64,000 bases of DNA from an uncultured Bacilli bacterium (GTDB taxonomy: Bacteria > Bacillota_I > Bacilli_A > RFN20 > CAG-826). The notes beneath the pieces were generated by a model, which did no database searches, had not been told where the DNA came from, and worked only from the letters and a program-made list of their open reading frames with translations. The translations under genes and the position numbers were made by a program. Of this stretch, positions 38,514-47,154 are shown piece by piece; positions within the stretch are counted from its first letter, which is position 1, and each line of letters starts with the position of its first letter. Location: assembly GCA_944375905.1 (NCBI GenBank), contig CALWAS010000009.1:78-64077 (forward strand), given 5' to 3'.

Positions 38514-40817
38514 ATGAAAAAAGCTTTCGTCTCGGCCCTCGCGGCGGCGTTCTTGCTAGCTTCGTGCGGACCTGCTTCCGCTTCTTCGGAAACTTCATCC
38601 TCGTCTTCCGAAGCGGAGGATTCGTCATCAAGTTCATCGTCGTCGACGGTCGATAAGCTCGATGCAGCCGGCGTTCTGTCGCTTTTGGCCAACCCGGATG
38701 GCCTTGCCTTCTCGGGGCGGCTTGAAATCAAGGAAGCGAGCCAGTCGGGGATGGGAATCCCGACCTATTACTATGCGAGCGGCTATTTTGCGAGCGGGGA
38801 ATACTACAACTACGAAAAGGGATACGAGCCGATCCACTTATTGGAAAACGAAGCGGGAAATGCGACGATTCCTACTCTTAGCCCCGATAACGAAGTCGTT
38901 TACGAAGAGGCGACAGTCATCGATTCCGAGCAGGAAAGGGTCCCGGTGCCTTTTGCCCCGACCTACGTGAACCCGTTCCTTTCCCTCGAGGCTTCTTCCC
39001 TCGTTTCCGAAGACGGAGGCTTCTCGATCTCGCTATCCGACGACTCGCTTGCCGAGCGCTTCGGCTACGCCTTCACGACGATGGCCGATTTCGCCGTCGA
39101 GAAGATAGCAATTGATGTCGAGGGCGGCGAAATAACGGAAGTCAGGTTCGACGGGAAGGACATCCCGATCGGCTCCTCGACGATCGAGAGTTCCCTTTCC
39201 TTCCGCCTTGTAAGCAAGGAAGAGGCGGGAGTTCCCGAGGTCAAGCCGCTTCCGGCCATCGATGGCCAAGAGCGGATCGCCGCTCTCCTCGCGAGCCTCA
39301 AAAAAGGAAATTTCACGGCCAAGATCGAAAACGACGACGCGGTCGACGATTACGATTTCAGCGGCGAAATCGAGGCGACCGAAGACCTCTTGCTCATAAG
39401 CGAAGGAACGGGCGCAAGCGCTTCGACGAGCGGCTACTATGCCGTGGGCGAGAATAGCATTGCTCCCGTCAAGGTGAGCGCGGACGGCAATTCCATCGTC
39501 GGCACCAACTATCCGTCCGAAGGAACGATCGCCGCGCAAATCGGGGCCAGCTTCGAGCTTTCGAGCGCCTTCTTCGTGCCGTCTCAAGAAAACGCCAACG
39601 TCTTCGTCCTTGCCGAGGAAGGCACTTCCTACGCTTCGATGGTCGATCCGGCGGCCGTCCTCGACGAAAACCTCGGCTTCTTGACGCCGGGCACTTTCAA
39701 GATCGAGCTTACCGACGGCGGTTGCCGCATCACCTACGACTATTATTTCGAGTACGTATCGGTTTACGAGGGAAGGGTGACGATCGAAGTTACGTCCATC
39801 GGAACGACCTTGGCGAGCTATGGAGCGGACGATTACGTTTCCTACGTTCCGCCCGCCAGCTGGACCGAGCTGGGGGTCGAGGAAGCCCTTGGCAAGTGGC
39901 TGGGCGGGAATGCCAGCGTCCTTCCTTACCCGAGCGAGGAAATGGGAGCCTCTCTCGTCGAAACGCTCGATAGCGATGAATTCTTCGGCATCTACGCGAC
40001 CCCTTCCGATGACGTCGGCCTTTCGCGGCTACTTTACAGCTATGATTCGGCCCTCCTCGATGGGGGCTGGGAATATAGCGGAACCGACATCTTCGGGGAC
40101 GACGAATATTCCTACGAGACCGAAGAGCAGGCGTTCCGCTTGGCCCTTTCGAGCAACCAAGGGGCGATGATGATCGCGGTCTACCCGCCCTCGGAGATCT
40201 CGCCTCTGGCCGATCTTTTCCGGACCGTTCTCTGCGATGACCCCAACTCGACCGTCTCGATGAGCCTCGTCGATTCGCTCTACGATGGCTATGGGACCGC
40301 CGACGAAGCCCTGGCTTCGTGGAAGTCCTATTCCTACGAGGCCAAGTGGCGGAGCGATGCCGCCTCCTTCAAGTCGAGCGGCGACGCGAGCTACCGCGAC
40401 GAGATTTACCTCGACAACGGGGATGGATGTCTGGACCGCTACGTAAACGAAGGAGACGGCTATAAGATGAACGGCTCGACGGTCGGAACCGTTCGCGAGA
40501 GCCTCTTCTCATGGTTCGATTACGAAAGCTACGTCGGCGGCATCTCCGAGCTTGGGGATGGCGCTTACAAGATGGCTGGCGAATCGTTGACCCGTCTCAT
40601 CTACCTCGTGAGCTGGGGCGAACTCGATTTCCAAGACGGAGACGAGTCCCTTCCTTTCGAGGACGGAATCGCCGTAAGCTACGATGCGGCCGCCGGGACG
40701 GTATCGGGATCGGGGAAGATCGTCTTCCCGGCCGATGCCTCCGGAAAGACGAGGGTCGTCGACGTATCCTTTGAGATAATGGACATCGGGACGACAACGG
40801 TCAGCCTTCCTTCTTAA
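38514..40817 (+). CDS. large lipoprotein, function unknown
   Basis: 767 aa. MKKAFVSALAAAFLLASC lipobox LASC, then a poly-Ser/Glu/Asp spacer. SD AAAGGAG. Confidence 0.8.
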   Translation: MKKAFVSALAAAFLLASCGPASASSETSSSSSEAEDSSSSSSSSTVDKLDAAGVLSLLANPDGLAFSGRLEIKEASQSGMGIPTYYYASGYFASGEYYNYEKGYEPIHLLENEAGNATIPTLSPDNEVVYEEATVIDSEQERVPVPFAPTYVNPFLSLEASSLVSEDGGFSISLSDDSLAERFGYAFTTMADFAVEKIAIDVEGGEITEVRFDGKDIPIGSSTIESSLSFRLVSKEEAGVPEVKPLPAIDGQERIAALLASLKKGNFTAKIENDDAVDDYDFSGEIEATEDLLLISEGTGASASTSGYYAVGENSIAPVKVSADGNSIVGTNYPSEGTIAAQIGASFELSSAFFVPSQENANVFVLAEEGTSYASMVDPAAVLDENLGFLTPGTFKIELTDGGCRITYDYYFEYVSVYEGRVTIEVTSIGTTLASYGADDYVSYVPPASWTELGVEEALGKWLGGNASVLPYPSEEMGASLVETLDSDEFFGIYATPSDDVGLSRLLYSYDSALLDGGWEYSGTDIFGDDEYSYETEEQAFRLALSSNQGAMMIAVYPPSEISPLADLFRTVLCDDPNSTVSMSLVDSLYDGYGTADEALASWKSYSYEAKWRSDAASFKSSGDASYRDEIYLDNGDGCLDRYVNEGDGYKMNGSTVGTVRESLFSWFDYESYVGGISELGDGAYKMAGESLTRLIYLVSWGELDFQDGDESLPFEDGIAVSYDAAAGTVSGSGKIVFPADASGKTRVVDVSFEIMDIGTTTVSLPS

Positions 40818-40825
40818 GCCGCCTA

Positions 40826-40848
40826 GGGGCCTCGAGGGGCCCCCTTTT
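40826..40848 (+). terminator. intrinsic terminator after lipoprotein gene
   Basis: GGGGCC-tcgagg-GGCCCC followed by CTTTT. Confidence 0.7.
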
Positions 40849-40929
40849 CCTTCCTAAGGGCGAAATTCCCTTGCCTACTTCTCTTTTTTGCTTGTATAAT
40901 TCGCACGCGAACGAAGGAAGGTGAATGCT

Positions 40930-41106
40930 TTGGCCATCAAAACGGTCCTGAGAGAGGGCGAAACGCTCGACGAAGGCCTCCGCCGTTTCAAACGGAGTGT
41001 CAATAAGTCCGGGGTGCTCCTCGAAACGAGGAAGCACGAGTTCTACCTCAAAACCGGGCTGCGCCGGAAGATGAAGAGCGAACTGGCGCGCCGCAAGAAG
41101 TGGTAA
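40930..41106 (+). CDS. rpsU: 30S ribosomal protein S21
   Basis: [32 protein letters not shown] 40930 preferred (GGAAGGTGA upstream). ORF track starts at GTG 40921. Promoter TTGCCT-18-TATAAT upstream. Confidence 0.92.
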   Translation: MAIKTVLREGETLDEGLRRFKRSVNKSGVLLETRKHEFYLKTGLRRKMKSELARRKKW

Positions 41107-41112
41107 TCCACG

Positions 41113-41140
41113 GAGCCTGAAAAGGCTCTTTTCTTTTTTT
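41113..41140 (+). terminator. intrinsic terminator after rpsU
   Basis: GAGCC-tgaaaa-GGCTC followed by TTTTCTTTTTTT. Confidence 0.8.
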
Positions 41141-41179
41141 CGTCGTTTTTCCGCTTTGCCTTCTACATCTAGGTGAAGC

Positions 41180-42367
41180 ATGACCATTTTCCAAGGGGAC
41201 GAAACGCTTTGCGGCTGGGCTGCGACGAGGATGATGCTCGTCGCTTTAACCCACGATAAAGGCTTCGAGCGGCTTTCGCTCAAGGGCAAAAGCCCCTTTT
41301 CGCTCCTCGAACTAAGCTTGGCATGCAAGAAAGCGGGGGTGCGCCTTTCCTTCAGGCGGGCCCACGCGAAGGAGGAATTGAGGAAGGTCTCCCGCTTTCC
41401 GCTTCTTCTCCTTGTCGCCGGCGGCGAAGGCGGCCACCTGGTTATGGGCCGGGCGCGCCTCGGGGGCTTTTTGCTGGTCGACGACCCGGCCGAAGGACGG
41501 AAGTGGGTCTCCATCTCCTCCTTCCTTCCTTCGTGGACCGGCATCTTCGGGGAAGGCGAGCTGATCGATCGCCATCTCGATCGGCCAAGGCGGAAGAAAG
41601 GCCTCCTCCCTTTCTTCCCGCGCCTTCTCCTCTTCCTCGAGGAAGGGGCAGCGGCCTCTTCGATGGCTCTAGGGGCCTTTTTCCTCCCGAGGGGCCCGGC
41701 CTTCCTTTCGCCCCTCCTTTTCCTTTGCTCGGCCCTCTTCGTCCTCGGAGGCCATTTTCTTTCCCTTTCCCTTCTAAGGAAAGTCGACCGCGAGTGCGAT
41801 CCCCTTCTCGCCGGCTTGGACGACGATAGGTTCAAGGAAGCCTACGCCCGCTGCCAATCGCTCAAGAAAGGCTTGGTCGCCGATTTCCGTCTTTTTTCCT
41901 CGTCGTTTTTCGCCGGAATCTCCTTACTCGGCCTTCTTGCGGCCGAATCAGCGGCCTTTCTCCTTTCCGGGGGACTGCTCATCCTCTATTTGCTTTTCGC
42001 GGGATTCCTCCGTGGCCGCATTGCCATTCCTAAGATTCGGGAAATCGCCAAGAAGGAGAAAGACCTTCTAAGCAAGCCGCGGGAGAAGGCAGCCCGCCTT
42101 TCGGCCATGAGGGATATCGAGGGGCGTTCTTATTCGGCGGCGGTTTCCTTTTCCCTCAGAAGGATAACGGAAACGGCCCTGATCCTTTTCCTTGCCGCCT
42201 TTCCTCCCTTCCTTGCGGGAGGCATTTCGGTCGAAGGCTATCTATACTCGGCCTTCGCCCTCTTTGCCTTTCGCTTTGCCTTCGAGGGCGCGTCGCGTTA
42301 TCTATTCGAGCGGCCGAGAAGGCGATCCGACCTCGATTACTTCGACCAGCGGATTGCCCTGATTTAA
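41180..42367 (+). CDS. C39 cysteine-peptidase domain fused to ABC-exporter-like membrane domain, no ATPase domain
   Basis: FQGDETLCGWAATRMMLV (Q...CG.A..M.L), GGHLVMG (His) and LLVDDPAEGRKWVSISSFLPSWTG match C39 signature blocks. About 260 aa of TM helices follow. The gene ends at a strong terminator with no Walker motifs. Confidence 0.75.
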   Translation: MTIFQGDETLCGWAATRMMLVALTHDKGFERLSLKGKSPFSLLELSLACKKAGVRLSFRRAHAKEELRKVSRFPLLLLVAGGEGGHLVMGRARLGGFLLVDDPAEGRKWVSISSFLPSWTGIFGEGELIDRHLDRPRRKKGLLPFFPRLLLFLEEGAAASSMALGAFFLPRGPAFLSPLLFLCSALFVLGGHFLSLSLLRKVDRECDPLLAGLDDDRFKEAYARCQSLKKGLVADFRLFSSSFFAGISLLGLLAAESAAFLLSGGLLILYLLFAGFLRGRIAIPKIREIAKKEKDLLSKPREKAARLSAMRDIEGRSYSAAVSFSLRRITETALILFLAAFPPFLAGGISVEGYLYSAFALFAFRFAFEGASRYLFERPRRRSDLDYFDQRIALI

Positions 42368-42392
42368 AAAAAAGAAGCCCGGAGGCTTCTTT
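42366..42392. terminator. bidirectional terminator
   Basis: AAAAAAAA-AGAAGCC-cgga-GGCTTCT-TT between convergent genes. Confidence 0.8.
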
Positions 42393-42407
42393 CGAATGCG
42401 GCTGCGC

Positions 42408-44456
42408 TTAGGCGGCGAAACAGACGGAGAGAACTTGATCGCCCAGGCTGTATTCGAGGCTTACGGAGAACTGGTAGTCGTTGAGCGAGAGGCTGGCGCC
42501 GGTGCCGTCGCCTACGATCTCATAGCTGGTGCCGTTTCCGGAGGAGGCAACGAGATCGGCTGCGTACTTGCTCACCGAATCGGCATCGGCGGTTTGAATG
42601 TAGAGATAGACCTCGATGTTTAGGATTCCGCTGCCATCGTAGACTTCGGCCGCCGTGTAATCAAATGACGGTTCGGGCGGAAGGGCAATGCCCGAGCCGC
42701 CGACCGGGGTCGTTGTCCAGCTTTGGGAGATGGCATCCGACCAAGCGTTTCCTTGCTCGCCGCCTTCTTCCGGCTCGGTAACCGTGATTTTGATCGAGGC
42801 GGTGGAGGTTCCGTACTCGTTTTGGGAGGCATCGGCCGTTGTCGTCGCGGTAATCGTCGTTGTCCCGACGGAAAGGAGGCTCAGCTTGATTTCGATCCCG
42901 TTGTCGTAGATCGATGAAAGGTAGCCGATGTTTCCTTTCTCGGCCGTGGCGACCTCGGGATTGCTGGAAGTCAAATTGACGGCCGAGGAAAGGAAGGGGC
43001 CTTCCTCGCCATAGGCGAAGGTAAGGTAGACGGTGTCGCTCTTGTCGGAGAGGGGAATGCTAACCTCGGACCCGGTTCCGGAGTAGTCCACGGAATGGCC
43101 GTTGGCACTCGAATGGTAGAAGGTCCCGTTCTTCGAGAAAATCGGGGCGACCGGCTCACGGTCCTTCACGACGACGTTTTCGACGGCGAATATCTCGGGA
43201 TCGACCGTATCGCCGAAATAGAGGTCATAGGTTCCGGCCTTGGCAAAAGACGCCGGTTCCCAGCCGTATTCGTCTTCGACTAGAGCATCCTCGACTTCCT
43301 CGCCGGTTGCGCTGTCGACGACTTTCGTGATGGAAATTTCGTCCTTGTTGAGCGCGGTGGCCGGAAGCAAGACGGTGCTGCTCGAAAGGGTCGGGGCATC
43401 GCCCGTAAGGAAGACGGGCTTCCCGTTTTCTTCCCCGCTCTGCCCTGAAAGGGTTGCGGTTCCCTCGACTCCGGAAACATAGTAGGAAGCGAGGTTCGAG
43501 AGGATTGGACGGTCGCTATCGGTAGCCGGGGTTGCGGCGTAGTCGATGTCGCCATCCTCGATGTCGATTACATTGGTGCCGATTTCCTGCGATTTGAGAT
43601 CGGCCGATGGAGCGTGCTTTTCATAGTCCCAGTCAGCCGGTGCCGCGTACTTTTCTTGGGAAAAGAGGCTTACGAGGGCAAGCTGATCGTCGAAGGTGAA
43701 CTCGGCGCTATAAGAGTAGTTGGACCCGTAGCTTGCCGTATGGTCGTCGTTTTCGTAATAGGCGTCGACCGAGACGATGTAGCCGTCCTTTCCGGCCGTG
43801 AAGTCCGAACTGAGGGTGATGGAGGTCGCCTTCTTGTGGTTTTTGCCATACCAAGGATCGCCGGCATTTCCGCTATAACTCGAGAAGATGCGGTTGAACC
43901 CGGCGGAAGAACGGGACGCCGAGAGATAGGCTTCGGCATCCTCGCTCGTCATGTAGCCTTCGACGTATCCCTGGACATCATCGTCGATTTTGGAGCGCGA
44001 GCTTTGGGTAGTTTCAACGCTGTAGTAAGTGGAGCCCAAAACGGCAGTGTAGTCGTCGAGACTGCCGTCTTTCGTGGTAAGCACTTCCTCGGAAGCGAAG
44101 CGATAGGAATAGGATTCGTCGATTTTCGGGTCTTCCAAGATCGGGTTGTTACCGGTGTAGGAGAAAGAAAGGCCGGAAATCGGGGTGGCGATGAGTTCGT
44201 CCAGGACTTTTTTGAAAGTATCGTTGTTTTCGAGGGAAGCCCTGGTTTCTTCGTCCGCCAAAGCCGGCGATTCGGAAGAAGATTGGCTCGATTGCGAGGC
44301 GGAAGAGGAGGCGCTTGAGGACTCGCTTGAAGAGGAACTGCTAAGCGAAGAAGCGTCGCTTTCGTCAGTCGAAGAGGAAACTGATTGACTCGGGATGGGA
44401 GCGCAACCGGCAAGAATCAAGCCGGCAGCGAGAATTAGAAGTTTCTGGTATTGCAT
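42408..44456 (-). CDS. large lipoprotein with Ig-like (Big_2-like) segment, function unknown
   Basis: 682 aa. MQYQKLLILAAGLILAGC lipobox LAGC, then a 50-aa poly-Ser spacer. The segment NLTSSNPEVATAEKGN...LLSVGTTTITATT looks like a bacterial Ig-like domain. Confidence 0.8.
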   Translation of the reverse strand: MQYQKLLILAAGLILAGCAPIPSQSVSSSTDESDASSLSSSSSSESSSASSSASQSSQSSSESPALADEETRASLENNDTFKKVLDELIATPISGLSFSYTGNNPILEDPKIDESYSYRFASEEVLTTKDGSLDDYTAVLGSTYYSVETTQSSRSKIDDDVQGYVEGYMTSEDAEAYLSASRSSAGFNRIFSSYSGNAGDPWYGKNHKKATSITLSSDFTAGKDGYIVSVDAYYENDDHTASYGSNYSYSAEFTFDDQLALVSLFSQEKYAAPADWDYEKHAPSADLKSQEIGTNVIDIEDGDIDYAATPATDSDRPILSNLASYYVSGVEGTATLSGQSGEENGKPVFLTGDAPTLSSSTVLLPATALNKDEISITKVVDSATGEEVEDALVEDEYGWEPASFAKAGTYDLYFGDTVDPEIFAVENVVVKDREPVAPIFSKNGTFYHSSANGHSVDYSGTGSEVSIPLSDKSDTVYLTFAYGEEGPFLSSAVNLTSSNPEVATAEKGNIGYLSSIYDNGIEIKLSLLSVGTTTITATTTADASQNEYGTSTASIKITVTEPEEGGEQGNAWSDAISQSWTTTPVGGSGIALPPEPSFDYTAAEVYDGSGILNIEVYLYIQTADADSVSKYAADLVASSGNGTSYEIVGDGTGASLSLNDYQFSVSLEYSLGDQVLSVCFAA

Positions 44457-44621
44457 GGAATTCCTTTCCGGGAAGGAGATTGAACGCTCACGGGCGCAAA
44501 GGAAAGAGCAGAATGTTTGAAAGCGCTTTCAAATGTTAGCAATGACATGTTTACATGCCTTATGCCCCTAAAAGGGCATAGGTGTTGGCCTTTTAGGCGC
44601 CGCCATGCTAGATTTATCGGG

Positions 44622-45089
44622 ATGGAACTCATCTTGGATACCGGGGAATTCCCCGTCCCCGAGGGGCTCGAGGAACGCTACAAAGCCCTTTTGAAGACGA
44701 CATTCGATCGCCTTAAGGTCGAAAAAGACTACGAAGTCGACTGCTCTTACGTCGGCGACGAGGAAATGCAGGTTCTCAACAAGAACTATCGGGGCCTCGA
44801 CCGGCCGACCGACGTCCTTTCCTTTGCCTTCAACGAAGGCGACGACAAAGCCGAGGACATGCCGATGGCTCCTGGCGAACGCCCGATTCTCGGCGACATC
44901 GTCATCGATTTCGAGCAAGCCTGCCGTCAGGCCAAGGAAATCGGGAACACCGACTTCAGGGAGCTTTCCTTCCTTTTCACTCATGGCCTGCTTCACATCC
45001 TTGGCTACGATCACATGAAGGAAGAGGATGCGAAGGTCATGTTCGCCCTTCAAGATGAAATACTGAGCGAGGTTGAGAAAAATGGATAA
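44622..45089 (+). CDS. ybeY: rRNA maturation endoribonuclease YbeY
   Basis: 155 aa from MELILD. Zinc motif HGLLHILGYDH. Confidence 0.92.
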   Translation: MELILDTGEFPVPEGLEERYKALLKTTFDRLKVEKDYEVDCSYVGDEEMQVLNKNYRGLDRPTDVLSFAFNEGDDKAEDMPMAPGERPILGDIVIDFEQACRQAKEIGNTDFRELSFLFTHGLLHILGYDHMKEEDAKVMFALQDEILSEVEKNG

Positions 45090-45480
45090 AGACCAGCTAG
45101 TCGAATGCGCGAAGGAAGCCCGTTCACTCTCCTACTCGCCGTATTCGAATTTCGCCGTCGGCGCGGCGGTTCTTGCCAAGGACGGCAGCGTCTATCTCGG
45201 AGCCAACGTCGAGAATTCGTCCTATCCGGTCTCGATGTGCGCGGAGCGAAACGCGATCTACAACGCGATGATGGACGGGAAAAATCGCGACGATTTCGTG
45301 GCTTTGGCCGTCGTTGGCGATACCGAGGGGCCGATTTCCCCTTGCGGGGCCTGCCGCCAGGTGATGAGTGAGCTTCTCCCGCCCGAGGCGAAAATCGTCA
45401 TGGCCAACTTAAGGGGAGACATCAAGGAAGCCAGCATCGCGGAGCTGCTTCCTTACGCCTTTGACGGCAGCGACCTATGA
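45082..45480 (+). CDS. cdd: cytidine deaminase
   Basis: CAERNAIYNA and PCGACRQV zinc motifs. Tetrameric-type size (132 aa). Confidence 0.92.
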   Translation: MDKDQLVECAKEARSLSYSPYSNFAVGAAVLAKDGSVYLGANVENSSYPVSMCAERNAIYNAMMDGKNRDDFVALAVVGDTEGPISPCGACRQVMSELLPPEAKIVMANLRGDIKEASIAELLPYAFDGSDL

Positions 45481-46358
45481 AAGCCGGATTCGTTTCCGTG
45501 CTCGGCCGGCCTAATGTCGGCAAGAGCACTTTGGTCAATGCCCTTTTGAGCAGGCGGGTATCGATCGTTTCCCCGAAAGCCCAGACGACCCGCGACGACA
45601 TAATGGGCATCTACAACGCCAAGGACCTGCAAATTGCCTTCATCGATACCCCGGGGCTTTTCTCGGGAGGCGAAACTCTTTATCGGAGGATGAATAGAAG
45701 CGCCAGGCGCTCTTTGTCCGGAGTCGATGCCGTCCTTTTCCTGATCGATGCCTCGAACCGCGACCTCGAAAACGACATTTCTCTCCTCGCGTCGATAAAA
45801 GTCGATGCCCCGATCTTCATCGTACTAAACAAAATCGATCTCGCTCGCGCACCCGAGGTAATCGAGAAGAAGGAACGCCTCGTAAAGTCGTTCCCGGATG
45901 CCAAGGTCATCGAGTGCTCGGCCCTTACCAATTTCGGTTTCTCCGACATCGTTTCCTCCCTTGTCGAAGTGATTCCCGAAGGCCTTCCCCTCTTCCCCGA
46001 GGGACAGTTCACCGACCGCGACGAAAGCTTCTTCGCGAAAGAGACGATCAGGGAATACCTTTTGCGGTTTTTGCATGAAGAAGTTCCTCATGAAGCAGCG
46101 GTTGCAATTAAACATTTGACCAAAACGGACGATGGCTATGACATTGAGGCCACCGTCTACGTGGAAAAGGAGAGCCAGAAGGCCATCGTCATCGGCCGGG
46201 GCGGGGCGATGGTCAAACGCATTTCGATGAGCGCCCGCCAGGACCTCGAGAAGAGATGGAAGAAACGCGTCAATCTCCGTCTTAGGGTTGAGGTGCTCAA
46301 GGGCTGGAGGGAAAGCCCAACGCTTCTCGACAAACTCGGCTATGGGGGAAAGGACTGA
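45477..46358 (+). CDS. era: GTPase Era
   Basis: GRPNVGKST, DTPG, NKID, C-terminal KH domain. ATGA overlap with cdd. Confidence 0.95.
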   Translation: MKAGFVSVLGRPNVGKSTLVNALLSRRVSIVSPKAQTTRDDIMGIYNAKDLQIAFIDTPGLFSGGETLYRRMNRSARRSLSGVDAVLFLIDASNRDLENDISLLASIKVDAPIFIVLNKIDLARAPEVIEKKERLVKSFPDAKVIECSALTNFGFSDIVSSLVEVIPEGLPLFPEGQFTDRDESFFAKETIREYLLRFLHEEVPHEAAVAIKHLTKTDDGYDIEATVYVEKESQKAIVIGRGGAMVKRISMSARQDLEKRWKKRVNLRLRVEVLKGWRESPTLLDKLGYGGKD

Positions 46359-47070
46359 GCATCTCGCCGGGATCGTCTTGAGAAGCGTTCCCTACAAAGA
46401 CTCGCTTTCCATGGTTTCCTTCTTGGGGCCGGAAGGCCTCTTTTCCTTTTCGGCCAGGGGAATCGAGAAGCCGACCTCGAAAGGACATTTCTTGACCTAT
46501 CAGCTGTCCTGCTGCGACGTTCTTCTCTCCGTTTCCTCGGACGGAAAGCGCCTTTCTTTCAAGGAAGGCGCGGCCTTATCGGTCCCGGATATCCGCGACG
46601 ACCTCTCCCGTGGCGTTGCCTATAGCCTTGCCGCCGAAGCCACCTCCCTCCTCGTGAGGGAAGAGGACGGACCGGAAGCGTTTCGTCTCCTTTCCTCCTT
46701 TCTCGAGGCCATGAAGCGAGGGGAAGAGCCCCTTACGGCCGCAGCTGCCTATCTAGCCCAGTTGACGAGACTCATAGGATACGGGATAAACGTCGATGGC
46801 TGCGCGGTTTGCGGGAGGAAGGAGAACATCGTCGCCCTTTCCTTCCAAGCCGGGGGCTTCCTTTGCGCCGACCACGCCGACTTCTATGCGCGGCCCGGCG
46901 CCCTCTATCTCAAAGAAATACGCTTCCTGAGCCGCGTCGACCTAGCCGTTCCCTTTCCTAGGCATCTCGAGACGGGCGAGGCCAAGAAGGCCATCCGGGA
47001 CTATGCCCGCCACCTTTCCACGCTCACCGGGGTCGAACTTAAGTCCATAAAGCTGCTTACGGCTGTCTGA
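46342..47070 (+). CDS. recO: DNA repair protein RecO
   Basis: 242 aa from MGERTEHLAGIVLRSVPYKDS. Zinc motif CAVCG...C. Follows era. Confidence 0.88.
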   Translation: MGERTEHLAGIVLRSVPYKDSLSMVSFLGPEGLFSFSARGIEKPTSKGHFLTYQLSCCDVLLSVSSDGKRLSFKEGAALSVPDIRDDLSRGVAYSLAAEATSLLVREEDGPEAFRLLSSFLEAMKRGEEPLTAAAAYLAQLTRLIGYGINVDGCAVCGRKENIVALSFQAGGFLCADHADFYARPGALYLKEIRFLSRVDLAVPFPRHLETGEAKKAIRDYARHLSTLTGVELKSIKLLTAV

Positions 47071-47087
47071 TGTACCCTTGAATAGGG

Positions 47088-47117
47088 TTGACAGCCTCGC
47101 ACGTGCGCCCGTATCAT
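47088..47117 (+). promoter_or_regulatory. candidate glyQS promoter
   Basis: TTGACA-18 nt-TATCAT. Short leader with AGGAGG SD. No T-box motif here. Confidence 0.55.
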
Positions 47118-47154
47118 CTACGGCGTTTTCGGCTTTGACCGAATTAGGAGGCTT

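Noticed and set aside
38560-38650. Ser-codon-rich DNA stretches in the lipoprotein genes (also 44290..44400 and 4610..4700) as possible tandem repeats, CRISPR-like arrays or phase-variable tracts
   Set aside because: The codons are mixed (TCG, TCT, TCA, AGC, GAA..) with no exact repeating unit or homopolymer tract. This is low-complexity coding sequence, not a DNA repeat array.
40801-41835. 344-aa minus-strand ORF and plus-strand ORF 41323..41829, both extremely Arg/Pro/Ser-rich
   Set aside because: They overlap rpsU and the C39 gene, cross two terminators, and have the composition typical of out-of-frame reading of GC-rich genes.
47071-47154. Looked for a T-box or other riboswitch upstream of glyQS
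   Set aside because: The leader is only about 40 nt after a TTGACA-18-TATCAT promoter and lacks any TGGTACC-type T-box core.
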